Shown here one piece after another: positions 1 through 8,454 of a DNA stretch of 64,000 bases. Position numbers and translations under genes: made by a program. This DNA comes from a virus. Its lineage: Duplodnaviria > Caudoviricetes. The DNA is taken from the IMG/VR virus record IMGVR_UViG_2767802007_000002, positions 4,488 to 68,487 of that record. One strand, given 5' to 3'. The notes beneath the pieces were generated by a model, which worked only from the letters and a program-made list of their open reading frames with translations, had not been told where the DNA came from and did not search any database. Position 1 is the first letter of the stretch. Every line of letters begins with the position of its first letter.

Positions 1-525
1 CGCGCCAGCGGTGATGTCTGCGGCGGCGAAGTCGTCATAACGGACACCGTTGGTCGAGTCGGAGCGGATGCCGACGCTGGTGCCCGTCGTGACCGCGGTG
101 TTGACGACCGAGACGCGCTGGATGCCGTTGACATACGCCGTGATGGTCGAGCCGACCGCCTGGACTTTCGCGACGTCACCAGGCGCAGCGGCTGCGGCAT
201 AGGTGCCGATGACGGTGAAGGAGCCGCCGACGACGCTGAACAAGTCCCAGCTGCTTCCGTTGTTCCGCCACAGGTAGCCGCTGGAGATGTTGGAGTTGCC
301 GCGGATCCACACGCCCTGGCTCGCCGCGGTGGTGGCAGCGATCGTCACCTGAGCGAAGTGATCGCTGCTGTCCATCGCGGTGGCGGCGCGCAGGATGATC
401 GTGCCGCCCGCCGCGCCCGGGCTGAGCTGCTGAGAGATGATCGACCAGTCGCCGCTCACCTCAACCCACGAGCTGCCAAGGTCAGTCGAGTCGGCGCGGT
501 TGAAGCTATCGCTGAAGATCGCCAC
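1..525 (-). CDS. Putative virion/receptor-binding protein, beta-sandwich (lectin-like) domain; 3' end runs off the window
   Basis: Read by hand (not in ORF track): GTG at 525 after GGGGAG; MAIFSDSFNRADSTDLGSSWVEVSGDWSI...VNGIQRVSVVNTAVTTGTSVGIRS, open to position 1; beta-rich, S/T-rich. Confidence 0.6.
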   Translation of the reverse strand, partial: MAIFSDSFNRADSTDLGSSWVEVSGDWSIISQQLSPGAAGGTIILRAATAMDSSDHFAQVTIAATTAASQGVWIRGNSNISSGYLWRNNGSSWDLFSVVGGSFTVIGTYAAAAAPGDVAKVQAVGSTITAYVNGIQRVSVVNTAVTTGTSVGIRSDSTNGVRYDDFAAADITAGA

Positions 526-551
526 GGCATACTCCCCAGGGCCTCTCGCTC

Positions 552-998
552 CTAGGCGGAGGAGCTGGACCGGAAGAAGTCCGCAATGCCGAGCGTGAAC
601 GAATTGCCGTCAGGCGTCCAGGTCAGATCATGCTTGGTCAGCGGAATCAGGTCGGCGTCGGTGCCAGTGGTGGTGTCCGGGTCGTAGCAGATCACGACCG
701 CCCCGACCGGATTGCCGGTCGGCGATGTCCAGGTGACGTCGGCGGCGTCGATCGCAATGCGGTCGTTGGTGTCGTCAACGGTGACCGTGACCGACGTCAA
801 GGCCTTCCGCCCGACGGTGGTCTGCTCGTTGGTGGTACCGGCGACCACTGCGGCGAAGTCGTCCTTGTCGCGCAGGACCGAGTCCGCTTCCAGCCCGCTC
901 GCCTCCAGGGCGATCAAGACGAGGCCGTCGTTGGCGGCGGGCAGTGAGGCGTAATAACCGACCTTGCCGAGGGCGATGTTGAAGGTGATGGTGGCCAT
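552..998 (-). CDS. Putative virion structural (minor tail) protein, 148 aa
   Basis: ORF track; D/T/A-rich beta-type sequence typical of actinophage tail accessory proteins; co-oriented with late genes. Confidence 0.55.
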   Translation of the reverse strand: MATITFNIALGKVGYYASLPAANDGLVLIALEASGLEADSVLRDKDDFAAVVAGTTNEQTTVGRKALTSVTVTVDDTNDRIAIDAADVTWTSPTGNPVGAVVICYDPDTTTGTDADLIPLTKHDLTWTPDGNSFTLGIADFFRSSSSA

Positions 999-1025
999 GC
1001 TGTATCACTCCGTTCTCGCACGTCG

Positions 1026-1700
1026 TTACACGTACAGGCGGCGCTGGGGGTCGAGGGCTGCGGCGGCCTGCGGCGACGGTGAGTCGCTGCCGCCCGGGTC
1101 GGGGGCACCGTCGCGGCGGCACACCAGCGCGTCGGGGTCGTCGGGAGGGGGCTGCTGGGAGTAGCCGTCGGGGCAGGCGGGCCCGGCGGGCCCCGTCGGC
1201 CCGCGCTCTCCCTGCGGTCCCTGCTCGCCGCGCGGGCCGGCTGGCCCCGGATCGCCCTGCGGTCCTTGAGGCCCGGCCGGTCCCGCCGGTCCTGCCGCGC
1301 CGGCGGGCCCGGCCGCGCCGGGCCGCCCGCTCGGGCCCGGACTGCCCTGCACGCCCGGCGTGCCGTTCTTCCCGTTCCTGCCAGGAGAGCCGGACGGCCC
1401 TGGGTCTCCCGGTGCCCCGGCTGGCCCCGGCCGGCCATCTGCTCCCCGTGGACCGGTGACGCTCTTGCCCGGCTCACCGCGGGACCCGGGCGGCCCGGCG
1501 ACTGGCTGCTCGCCGAGCTGCTGGACCTGGCGGGCGAGGGCATCCCTGGCTTCGTTGGCTGTGTGCAGTTCGTCGGTGAGGGACTGGACGCTCAGCATGA
1601 TCCACGCGAGGGCTCCACCGAGCGCCAGCGCTACTGCCACGACCAGCACGTCGCCGCGGCGGCCACGGCGTTCCTCCGCTCGGATCTGCACCCGGCTCAC
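1026..1700 (-). CDS. Membrane-anchored collagen-like protein (TM, coiled coil, Gly-X-Y repeats, C-terminal Cys pair)
   Basis: GTG at 1700; [19 protein letters not shown] helix, long GPP/GPA/GEP triplet run, ending GPACPDGY...ALVCRR. Confidence 0.75.
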   Translation of the reverse strand: MSRVQIRAEERRGRRGDVLVVAVALALGGALAWIMLSVQSLTDELHTANEARDALARQVQQLGEQPVAGPPGSRGEPGKSVTGPRGADGRPGPAGAPGDPGPSGSPGRNGKNGTPGVQGSPGPSGRPGAAGPAGAAGPAGPAGPQGPQGDPGPAGPRGEQGPQGERGPTGPAGPACPDGYSQQPPPDDPDALVCRRDGAPDPGGSDSPSPQAAAALDPQRRLYV

Positions 1701-1702
1701 AG

Positions 1703-1993
1703 TCAGGTCCCCCTGGTGAGCAAGATGATGACGGGGAGGAGGATCCCAACGAGCGGCACGATCACCGCACCGATCAGCCACCTGCGGGTGGCGATCAGCT
1801 TCTCGGTGTCCTTCTCCCGCAGCGTCTCCAACGTCCCTACTCGCGCCGTGAGTGCTTCATGACGTAGGTCGTAGATCCGCTGGTCGACCTTCTCGTCCAT
1901 GCGGCGGCCGAGCTGCTGGATGTCGTCGCGGACATCGGTGAATCGCTCGTCGAAGCGCCTGACGACTTCACCCAGCGTCGGCTCATCCGGCAT
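1703..1993 (-). CDS. Lysis-cassette small membrane protein (coiled coil plus C-terminal TM)
   Basis: ORF track 96 aa; WLIGAVIVPLVGILLPVIILL; directly downstream of holin. Confidence 0.7.
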   Translation of the reverse strand: MPDEPTLGEVVRRFDERFTDVRDDIQQLGRRMDEKVDQRIYDLRHEALTARVGTLETLREKDTEKLIATRRWLIGAVIVPLVGILLPVIILLTRGT

Positions 1994-2005
1994 GCGGGTC
2001 TCCGA

Positions 2006-2377
2006 TCAGGCGGCCTTGATCAGGCTGGACTGTTCGATCCGAAGGGATGCGATCGGGGCGGTGACCTGCGGGCGGACGACGAACAGTGCGAGGGCGCCTT
2101 CGATGGCGAACATCCACAGGGACTGCTGCTCGGCGCTCATGTGGAGGCCGAAGCCCATGAAGAGTGCGAGCGCGGCCTGCGCCAGGTTCACGAGGGCGGC
2201 GAATGCCGCGCCGGTGTGGAGGATGAGCGCCTCGGCCACGGCGACGCAGCAGGACAAGAACGCCATGATGCAGGCCTGCTGCGCGGTGGATACGTCGAGC
2301 CCGTAGGCGGCGCTGAGCTTGAGGGCGACGGCGATGAACGCCAGGATCGTCGCCGGTTCACGTCCGAAGATTCTCAT
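2006..2377 (-). CDS. Holin
   Basis: ATG at 2377; MRIFGREPATILAFIAVALKL..., several TM segments, ends RPQVTAP; follows endolysin. Confidence 0.75.
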   Translation of the reverse strand: MRIFGREPATILAFIAVALKLSAAYGLDVSTAQQACIMAFLSCCVAVAEALILHTGAAFAALVNLAQAALALFMGFGLHMSAEQQSLWMFAIEGALALFVVRPQVTAPIASLRIEQSSLIKAA

Positions 2378-2574
2378 GATTCTGCTTCCTGTTCGGCGCG
2401 TGCGGCACCAGCGGCCGTCACGTGCTGGGCGATGAGTGCGTAGATGGACATGAAGGCGACCCAGAGGATGCTGTTCCGCCAGAGCAGGACGGTGGGCACG
2501 GTCAGGAGAGCCCACAGCGCAGCAAGGCTGTAGTGGATGACGACCTTGCGGTGCGCGGGTTGGGCGCCGCTCAT
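2374..2574 (-). CDS. Small two-TM membrane protein (lysis cassette)
   Basis: ATG overlaps endolysin stop; MSGAQPAHRKVVIHYSLAALWALLTVPTVLLWRNSILWVAFMSIYALIAQH; stop overlaps holin start. Confidence 0.65.
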   Translation of the reverse strand: MSGAQPAHRKVVIHYSLAALWALLTVPTVLLWRNSILWVAFMSIYALIAQHVTAAGAARAEQEAES

Positions 2575-3467
2575 GCCGTCACCGTGAAGCCATGACGGGC
2601 GGCGAGGCGGCGCAGGGATGCGGCGCCGGGAATACCGTCGGCGTCGGAGCCGACGTAGCCGCCGCCGGCCGGGGAGCGTTGCCAGCGGGCGTATGCGGCG
2701 ATGGTCTTCGTCCCGAAGCTGCCGTCGACCCACTGTGCGGCGAGCAGGCCTTCGGCCTTGAGGGCGCGTTCGACGATGAGGACTTCGTCCTTGTGGCTGG
2801 TGTGACCCTGGGCGGCGGCGGGGTCGTGCTTGGCGGCGTACACGATGTGCGCCAGCGACACCTTCGGCTTCGCAGGCGGCTTGGCCGGTGCGGCAGGGAA
2901 GGCGGGCCAGCTGAGCGGGTCGTCGTGCTTGTTCTCGGGGGTGCCCTTGTGGGGGTACCAGCCGCTCTGGGTCTCCCACGTGTGCTCGTCCCGGGTGCAG
3001 TTCTCCGGGCGACCGTTCGGCCACGCGTTCGCCACACCCCAGCTGTGCACCCAGGCGTGCAGTTCCTCCCAGCCCTTGCACGGGGTGTCGACCAGCCGCG
3101 GGTACACCTGCTTGCCCACCCGGCAGTAGGGGAAGAAGAGCGCCTCCACCTGGATGACCACCGAGCCTGCGCGGTTGGTGCGGGTGCCGCCGGCCTGGTC
3201 AACGAGCGACTTCGAGCGGGAGTTGGCCGGGACGAACTGGGTGAAGCGGCCGCCGAAGGGATCCCAGAGGATGTGCGGTGCGACGCCCTTGCCGCTGCCG
3301 GAGAAGTAGGAGCGCAGGTCCTCGTAGGGGACGAGGTCGGCGGGCTTGGCGGCGGTGGCGTTGCGGTCCCAGGTGATGTGGCTCACCGCCTTGGCGGGGC
3401 CGCCGTCGGTGGGGGCGTGGTCGCCTATGTCGAGCCGGGTGGCGCCCGGCATCCAGAGGTCGGGCAT
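2571..3467 (-). CDS. Endolysin: N-acetylmuramoyl-L-alanine amidase-like domain plus peptidoglycan-binding domain
   Basis: GGGAGG RBS, ATG at 3467; SHITW, PHILWDP, IQVE, HKGTPENKHDDP Zn-amidase motifs; C-terminal DGSFGTKT...ADGIPG. Confidence 0.85.
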   Translation of the reverse strand: MPDLWMPGATRLDIGDHAPTDGGPAKAVSHITWDRNATAAKPADLVPYEDLRSYFSGSGKGVAPHILWDPFGGRFTQFVPANSRSKSLVDQAGGTRTNRAGSVVIQVEALFFPYCRVGKQVYPRLVDTPCKGWEELHAWVHSWGVANAWPNGRPENCTRDEHTWETQSGWYPHKGTPENKHDDPLSWPAFPAAPAKPPAKPKVSLAHIVYAAKHDPAAAQGHTSHKDEVLIVERALKAEGLLAAQWVDGSFGTKTIAAYARWQRSPAGGGYVGSDADGIPGAASLRRLAARHGFTVTA

Positions 3468-3490
3468 GTGTCCTCCCAGAGGGTTGCTCT

Positions 3491-3537
3491 CCTTGGAATC
3501 GTAGCCCGCAACGCCTCTTCTACCTACGATTCGTAGG
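3491..3537. promoter_or_regulatory. Two copies of the late-gene palindrome upstream of the endolysin
   Basis: CCTTGGA-A-TCGTAGC (3491-3505) and CCTACGA-T-TCGTAGG (3523-3537); same motif at 31288 and 33556. Confidence 0.6.
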
Positions 3538-3660
3538 CTACAGTTCGGGATGGCTCTTCCGCTCAGAGGGCCTGCGGCAGGGATGTGTCCGTGCGGGTCG
3601 CGTCCCTGCCGCTGCAAATCCCGCACCCCACCCGCACGAACCCGCACTGGAGCAACGCCC

Positions 3661-4104
3661 ATGACTGACTCACAGGTCGCTCCCGCCGTCACGGCGCCCA
3701 CGAGCGAGGCCATCATCAGCGCCAACGTGCGCCGCCTCCGTAAGACGCTGAACCTCACGCAGACCGCCTTGGCTGAACGGGTCACCGCAGCGGGGATTCC
3801 CTTTGGGGACATGGCCGTCTGGGGCGTCGAGAATGGCAAGCGGCGCATCAACGTGGACGACCTCTACGCGCTCGCCCACGCACTCCAGACGACGCCGCGA
3901 GAACTGCTCAGCGCCGAACCCGAGGCGCTGAGCGAGTCTCTGGTCTACGAGGTTCGGTTCGACGGGGGATCCGTGGAACGCGTGAGCGCCGACCGCGTGG
4001 AGACCGACGAGCATGGCTGGCTGAACTTCTACGAGGGTGAGCACCGCGTGCTCTTCGCCTCCGTGGCGCGCGTCCTCTGCGTGCGAGTGCAGGGCACGGC
4101 ATGA
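3661..4104 (+). CDS. XRE-family HTH regulator with C-terminal beta domain; first gene of the antisense cassette
   Basis: GGAG RBS, ATG 3661; NVRRLRKTLNLTQTALAERV...VWGVENGKRRINVDDLYALAHALQTTPRELL. Confidence 0.85.
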   Translation: MTDSQVAPAVTAPTSEAIISANVRRLRKTLNLTQTALAERVTAAGIPFGDMAVWGVENGKRRINVDDLYALAHALQTTPRELLSAEPEALSESLVYEVRFDGGSVERVSADRVETDEHGWLNFYEGEHRVLFASVARVLCVRVQGTA

Positions 4105-4208
4105 GCGGCGTCTGCGCGGCGCTCGCGTTCCTGTTCGCGTTCGGCGTCCTCTATCCGCACCCCGCTCCGCCACCTGCGGACCGGCCTGTCGCGGGGATCA
4201 GCCGATGA
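4101..4208 (+). CDS. Small hydrophobic peptide (35 aa)
   Basis: Read by hand; ATGA overlaps at both ends; MSGVCAALAFLFAFGVLYPHP... Confidence 0.4.
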   Translation: MSGVCAALAFLFAFGVLYPHPAPPPADRPVAGISR

Positions 4209-4504
4209 GCGAGCCAATCACCCACGACTTCGGCCCAGGCCGCCGCTGCTGGGGCCACGACTACAGCATCAGTAACGTCCGCGACGGCGGGCATCGCGTG
4301 CGTGCCACCGGATGGGGGCACGACGGTCGTCTCATCCAGAAGGGCGACTACCTACTCCTCGAAGCCAAGGGTGGCAAGCGGGCCACCCGCTACCAGGTTG
4401 AGGAGATCAAGCGCGTCATGGACCCGCCCGATATGTGGTTCGCCGAGCTGGTCTTTGCGCCCCGCACCTATGCCACCCAGGCCGAGAAGGACGCGACCCG
4501 ATGA
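4205..4504 (+). CDS. Hypothetical phage protein (99 aa)
   Basis: ATGA overlaps both ends; MSEPITHDFGPGRRCWGHDYS... Confidence 0.65.
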   Translation: MSEPITHDFGPGRRCWGHDYSISNVRDGGHRVRATGWGHDGRLIQKGDYLLLEAKGGKRATRYQVEEIKRVMDPPDMWFAELVFAPRTYATQAEKDATR

Positions 4505-4839
4505 CCGGCCCCTGCGCGCGCCCGGAATGCGGCGGCACCACCCACACCGACGGCTGGGGCAACCCCATCCAGTGCCCGCGAGACGACTCCGTCCTGTACT
4601 TCGACGGGCCCGCGGAGGAGTTCACCCTCGCGCCGCCAGTCGCCCCGCGCATCGTCATCTACGGCGAGGACAACCGGACGCCGCTCGTCACGATCAACCC
4701 CAACGGCAAGCTGGAGTACGGGCCCGGCTATACGCCCGACGAAGCCGCACGCCGTTTTTGGGACGCCCTCCGCCACCACATGCCCGCCCGCTGCCCCAAC
4801 TGCGGGCACATCGACCTGGAGGCACACCATGAGGGCTGA
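4501..4839 (+). CDS. Hypothetical protein with Cys pairs (C-terminal CPNCGH)
   Basis: ATG 4501 overlapping previous stop; in frame with ORF-track 4435..4839. Confidence 0.6.
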   Translation: MTGPCARPECGGTTHTDGWGNPIQCPRDDSVLYFDGPAEEFTLAPPVAPRIVIYGEDNRTPLVTINPNGKLEYGPGYTPDEAARRFWDALRHHMPARCPNCGHIDLEAHHEG

Positions 4840-5017
4840 AGTGCGGGTGCTCGGGTTCCTGGCGGCGGCGAGCTGGCTTGTGGCGGCGGTCGCCTTCATC
4901 GACTGGCTGAACGGGAATCCAAGCGCGCCGACAGGGATCGCCACGTTCGTCGTCACGGGCGCCCTGTTCACAGGCCTCGCGATCTATCTTCACCGCTCAG
5001 ACCAGGAGAAGCCGTGA
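4829..5017 (+). CDS. Small two-TM membrane protein
   Basis: ORF track 62 aa; two hydrophobic segments. Confidence 0.6.
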   Translation: MRAEVRVLGFLAAASWLVAAVAFIDWLNGNPSAPTGIATFVVTGALFTGLAIYLHRSDQEKP

Positions 5018-5163
5018 ACACAGCCATCGCCATCACCGCGATCATCGCCGCCCTCATCCTCGGCCTCACGATCGTCACCGCCGCCCGCGACGTCGCCCAG
5101 ACCAAGCACAACCCCACCCGCTGCCCCAACTGCGGCCACACCAGCAAGGAGAACCAGCAATGA
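5014..5163 (+). CDS. Small membrane protein with CPNCGH motif (49 aa)
   Basis: Read by hand; GTGA and ATGA overlaps; MNTAIAITAIIAALILGLTIVTAA...RCPNCGH. Confidence 0.5.
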   Translation: MNTAIAITAIIAALILGLTIVTAARDVAQTKHNPTRCPNCGHTSKENQQ

Positions 5164-6233
5164 AGATCGGCGTCACCGGCGGACAGGGCTTCATCGGCAG
5201 CCACATCCGCACCGAACTCCTCGCACGCGGCCACCAGGTCGTCGTCTTCGACCGCCACCCCCACACACTCATGGCCGGCGGCGAGGAGTTCTTCCTCGGC
5301 GACATCCGCGACGAAACCGCCGTCGTCGAACTCGCCGCCCACGTCGACGGCATCATCCACCTCGCCGCCGTCCTCGGCACCCAGGAGACCATCGGCAACC
5401 CTCGGCCGTCCGCCGACACCAACATCCGCGGCAGCCTGAACGTGTTCGAGGCCGCCAGCCAGTACGGGCTCCCCGTCGTCTACGCCGGCGTCGGGAACTC
5501 ATGGATGCGCGACCACGGCACCGGCTCCTACACCATCAGCAAGACCGCGGCCGAGGACTACGCGCGCATGTTCAACGCCTACCGCGACGGGCGGATCACG
5601 ATCGTCCGCCCGGTCAACGCCTACGGCCCGGGCCAGTCCGTCGCGGCGCCCTACGGTACGAGCAAGGTGCGGAAGATCCTGCCCGCGTTCACCTGCCGGG
5701 CGCTCACCGGTGCGGACATCGAGGTGTACGGGGACGGCACGCAGGTGTCTGACTGCGTGTACGTCGGCGACGTCGCCCGCGCGTTCGTGACGGCGCTGGA
5801 GCACAACGTCGAGACGGGACGGCCCCCGCACGCGCCGGTCGAGGTCGGGCCGATGTCCTCGGTCACGGTGAACGACATCGCTCGGCTGGTGGCCGGCGAG
5901 GCGGCGCGGGTGACGGGCCGGGAGCCGGTCGGTGTGAAGCACCTGCCCATGCGGCCCGGGGAGGTGCCGAACGCGGTCGTGTGCGCGGACACGAGCACCC
6001 TGGCGCAGATCGGGATGACAGCCGCCGACTTCGTGCCGCTGGACGAGGGCATCGCGCGGACGGTCGACTACTACGCCACCGAGTGGCTGCCCGGCTACCT
6101 GGAGCAGGACGGGCCCGGCAGCGGCGGCGTAGTCCCGGGGAACGTGTCGATCACCCTCAAGCCGGGCGAGCGAGTCGTGAGCGCGGAGGAGATCATGCGC
6201 GCGGCACGGCGCACCCCCTTCGGCCGGGCGTAA
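5160..6233 (+). CDS. NAD-dependent epimerase/dehydratase (extended SDR) 1
   Basis: VTGGQGFIG Rossmann motif, IIHLAA, YTISK, RPVNAYGPGQ, YGDGTQVSDCVYVGDVA. Confidence 0.9.
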   Translation: MKIGVTGGQGFIGSHIRTELLARGHQVVVFDRHPHTLMAGGEEFFLGDIRDETAVVELAAHVDGIIHLAAVLGTQETIGNPRPSADTNIRGSLNVFEAASQYGLPVVYAGVGNSWMRDHGTGSYTISKTAAEDYARMFNAYRDGRITIVRPVNAYGPGQSVAAPYGTSKVRKILPAFTCRALTGADIEVYGDGTQVSDCVYVGDVARAFVTALEHNVETGRPPHAPVEVGPMSSVTVNDIARLVAGEAARVTGREPVGVKHLPMRPGEVPNAVVCADTSTLAQIGMTAADFVPLDEGIARTVDYYATEWLPGYLEQDGPGSGGVVPGNVSITLKPGERVVSAEEIMRAARRTPFGRA

Positions 6234-6242
6234 GGGAACGGC

Positions 6243-6449
6243 ATGCCGCGTCGCACGACTGCCTTGCTGATCCCATGCCCCTGGTCCGGTGACGAGAGCG
6301 ACCCCGTACCGCGCAGCTACCGCGCGTGGATCTGGCTCTACAGCCGAACGCGCCGTCTCCGCCACCTGCTGGGCCTGCACGACTACCAGTACATCTATGC
6401 GCTCCACGGGCGCCGCTGCACTTGGTGCGGCAAGACAGAGGGAGCCTGA
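6243..6449 (+). CDS. Hypothetical protein with C-terminal CxxC
   Basis: ORF track 68 aa; fills the operon gap; RRCTWCGK. Confidence 0.5.
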   Translation: MPRRTTALLIPCPWSGDESDPVPRSYRAWIWLYSRTRRLRHLLGLHDYQYIYALHGRRCTWCGKTEGA

Positions 6450-6450
6450 C

Positions 6451-7044
6451 GTGGCCCGCTTGCAGATCCTGCAACTCCCCGAAGGCGCCGGCGACGACCG
6501 GCCGCCGTTCATCCTCGTCATCGACCAGGTCACCCCGGAGATGGTGGAAGGTATCACCAGCGCCGAGCGGACCACGGCTGAGCTGATCGGCGCCCGCGCG
6601 ATCTTCTCCTTCGAGGAGACCGTGCACATCCCCGCCAACGACCTAACCCCGTACAGCGAGGCGACCGAACGCACGGAGCCTCTCTGCCTCAGTGAGCGCG
6701 CGATCCAGGCCGAGGAGAAGCTGAAGGCGTTCATGGACAAGCGCTACGAGGTGGAGGAGAAGCGCAAGGCCAGCCTCACCGACGCGCTCGGCATGGACCG
6801 GCTCCGAGACTGGGACGACATCCTCAACGCCGTCACCGGATGCCGGATGGACCGTGAGGCCCTTGCTGACGCCGTCGAACGTGTCCGCGGCCTGCCTGAG
6901 CACCCCGACATCATGGACGCCAAACTCTCGGAGCCGAATGGCTACCTGCACGGCTACAGGGTCGCCATCTTCGACGCCAAGCGTGCAGTGCAGCAGCGGG
7001 CAGCGGAGAGCACCAGCCCCGAGCCCAGCCCGAAGGACGGCTAA
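6451..7044 (+). CDS. Hypothetical Streptomyces-phage protein
   Basis: GGAG RBS, GTG 6451; ARLQILQLPEGAGDDRPPFILVIDQ...; coiled-coil middle. Confidence 0.65.
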   Translation: MARLQILQLPEGAGDDRPPFILVIDQVTPEMVEGITSAERTTAELIGARAIFSFEETVHIPANDLTPYSEATERTEPLCLSERAIQAEEKLKAFMDKRYEVEEKRKASLTDALGMDRLRDWDDILNAVTGCRMDREALADAVERVRGLPEHPDIMDAKLSEPNGYLHGYRVAIFDAKRAVQQRAAESTSPEPSPKDG

Positions 7045-7045
7045 C

Positions 7046-8056
7046 ATGCGCGTCCATTTCTGGTCCGCCGACATGGCTGGGTCGGCCTTCTACCGCGCCG
7101 TCATGCCCTCCATGGGCCTGTCCTGGCTCGGCCACACCGCCACCCACAGCGTCCGCCTCCCACCGAACTGGGCCAGCTACGACACGATCGTCGGCTGCCG
7201 CGTCGCCCAGGTCGACCCGTCCCGCATGTGGCTCCGCTTGAAAGACGAGGGGAAGCGACTCGTCCTCGACCTGGACGACGACTACTTCCACATCGACCCC
7301 ACCAACACGCACGCCCGCACGGTATGGGACGTCGGCATGCTCGGCCGGCTCGCCCACAACCTGGGCATCGCCGACCTCGTCACCTGCTGCAGCGAGCCCC
7401 TCGCGGCCGTACTGCGCGACTACGCGCCCCGGGTGGAGGTCATCCCGAACGGGCTCCCCGCCCAGTACCTCGGCCACCCGCGGGACTACCAGGCGGTGGG
7501 CCGGCCGCTGTACGTGGGCTGGGCGGGGACGAGCAGCACGGTGGCCGAACTCCCGGAGGCGGTCCGGGCGCTGAACCGGATCTCCCAGTACGGGCGGCCG
7601 GGCGGGGTGATGGTGCGGCTCGTCGGGATCGCGGCCGAGCAGGCGATGGGGCTCGGGCTGCGGGGCCGGCAGATCGGTGCGCTGGGTTGGGTGGAGCGGA
7701 TCGATCACTATCTGCACGCGGTCGCCGAGTTCGACGTGTGGCTGGCCCCGTACCGGGACACGGCGTTCAACCGGGCGAAGTTCCCCACGAAGTGGCTGGA
7801 ATCGTCGATCCTCGGTATCCCGTTGATCGCGTCGGATGTGGAGCCGTACCGGCGGGTGATCCGGCACGGGGAGACGGGGTTCTTGGTCCGGCGTGAGCAC
7901 GAGTGGGGGAAGTACCTGAAGCGACTTGTCGACGATCCCGAGCTGCGGCAGCGGGTGGGGATGGCCGCGCGCGGGGAGGCGTCGGGCAGCATCATGCAGG
8001 CGCTGCACCACCGGTGGGAGGCGGCCATGCGCGTGCCCGAGGGGGTGGCGGCGTGA
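7046..8056 (+). CDS. Glycosyltransferase, GT-B fold (GT4-like)
   Basis: ATG 7046; LDLDDDYF, VIPNGLP, VGWAGT, FNRAKFPTKWLESSILGIPLIASDVEPY, GETGFLV, LVDDPELRQRVG. Confidence 0.9.
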   Translation: MRVHFWSADMAGSAFYRAVMPSMGLSWLGHTATHSVRLPPNWASYDTIVGCRVAQVDPSRMWLRLKDEGKRLVLDLDDDYFHIDPTNTHARTVWDVGMLGRLAHNLGIADLVTCCSEPLAAVLRDYAPRVEVIPNGLPAQYLGHPRDYQAVGRPLYVGWAGTSSTVAELPEAVRALNRISQYGRPGGVMVRLVGIAAEQAMGLGLRGRQIGALGWVERIDHYLHAVAEFDVWLAPYRDTAFNRAKFPTKWLESSILGIPLIASDVEPYRRVIRHGETGFLVRREHEWGKYLKRLVDDPELRQRVGMAARGEASGSIMQALHHRWEAAMRVPEGVAA

Positions 8057-8454
8057 ACGACTTGGTGGAGTTCCTGCGGGCCCGGCTGGACGAGGACGAG
8101 GCACTGGCGCGGGAGGCGCCGCCCGGGCCGTGGCACATCGGTAACGCCGTCGACCCAACCCAGCCCTGCCACGTCCACACCTTCCCTGGCGCCCGCGTGG
8201 TGGCTGATGGGCTGAACTGGCTGGTTGCTGAGCACATTGCACACCAGCATCCGGCGCGCGTCCTCTCCGAAGTCATGGCCAAGCGCAAGATCCTCGAATC
8301 GGTCGTCCCATCTGTCGCCGATATGGCGGAGTCGATCGCTTTCGAGTACGGGGCGCGGCACAGCCCTCCCGGTCGAGTTGCAGTGGAGCTTCTGTGCCTG
8401 CTCGCGCTGCCGTACGCCAGCCACCCCGACTACCGCGAGGAGTGGAAGCCGTGA
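8053..8454 (+). CDS. DUF6221-like actinophage protein
   Basis: MNDLVEFLRARLDEDE...AKRKIL...LLALPYASHPDYREEWKP signature, recognised by eye. Confidence 0.75.
   Translation: MNDLVEFLRARLDEDEALAREAPPGPWHIGNAVDPTQPCHVHTFPGARVVADGLNWLVAEHIAHQHPARVLSEVMAKRKILESVVPSVADMAESIAFEYGARHSPPGRVAVELLCLLALPYASHPDYREEWKP

Noticed and set aside
4787-5140. 24-bp near-identical repeat encoding RCPNCGH in two small genes (4787-4810, 5117-5140)
   Set aside because: Real but short; most simply a reused Zn-knuckle fragment, with no evidence of an att or recombination site.
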